Part shown: piece after piece, positions 63,918-64,000 of the stretch
Layout: the number at the start of each line of letters is the position of its first letter
Numbering within the stretch: position 1 is the first letter of the stretch
Assembly: GCA_043228905.1 (NCBI GenBank)
Contig: JBHGNT010000002.1
Coordinates: 186,001-250,000 of the forward strand
DNA from: Azolla caroliniana
Taxonomy: Eukaryota; Plantae; Polypodiophyta
Length of the DNA stretch: 64,000 bases
Direction of reading: 5' to 3'
The notes under the pieces: generated by a model
Seen by the model: the letters and a program-made list of their open reading frames with translations, nothing else
Databases searched by the model: none
Told to the model about the DNA's origin: nothing
Made by a program: the position numbers and the translations under genes

Positions 63918-64000
63918 TGAAGATGACCTCCATCCGAACGGTGCTGAGCATAGCGGCAAGCATGGACCTCGAGGTAGAACAGATGGACGTGAAGACGGCA
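63918..64000 (+). mobile_element. Copia B-family RT fragment running off the window end
   Basis: aagatgacctccatccgaacggtgctgagcatagcggcaagcatggacctcgaggtaga is near-identical to 52814-52894 (KMTSIRTVLSIAASMDLEVEQ). Confidence 0.9.

Overview
Eukaryotic, plant-like DNA, probably a non-seed plant such as a fern (inferred from the Tcn1-type chromovirus and a SIVA-like gene). The window spans the edge of a satellite array. (1) 1-41040 is an uninterrupted head-to-tail 178-bp satellite with two subfamilies that switch near 18575. It contains several higher-order repeats (8 x 1333 bp, 2 x 2402 bp, a 2312-bp unit and a block copied at a 6405-bp offset), a diverged edge, and a relic 189-bp relative at 41070-41362. 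(2) 41838-58166 is a three-level LTR retrotransposon nest. Copia A contains Copia B (TSD ATGTT), which contains an antisense chromodomain Ty3/Gypsy element C (TSD CCTAC) and an antisense solo LTR of the B family (TSD GCATA). Element C has no tRNA PBS but has a self-priming signature, a -1 frameshift cassette and a tRNA-like A/B-box module in both LTRs. (3) 60888-62558 (-) is an intact four-exon gene for a 155-aa SIVA-like zinc-finger protein that the ORF track does not show. The short ORFs in 1-41 kb are artefacts of the satellite. All coordinates and mismatch counts were read by eye.
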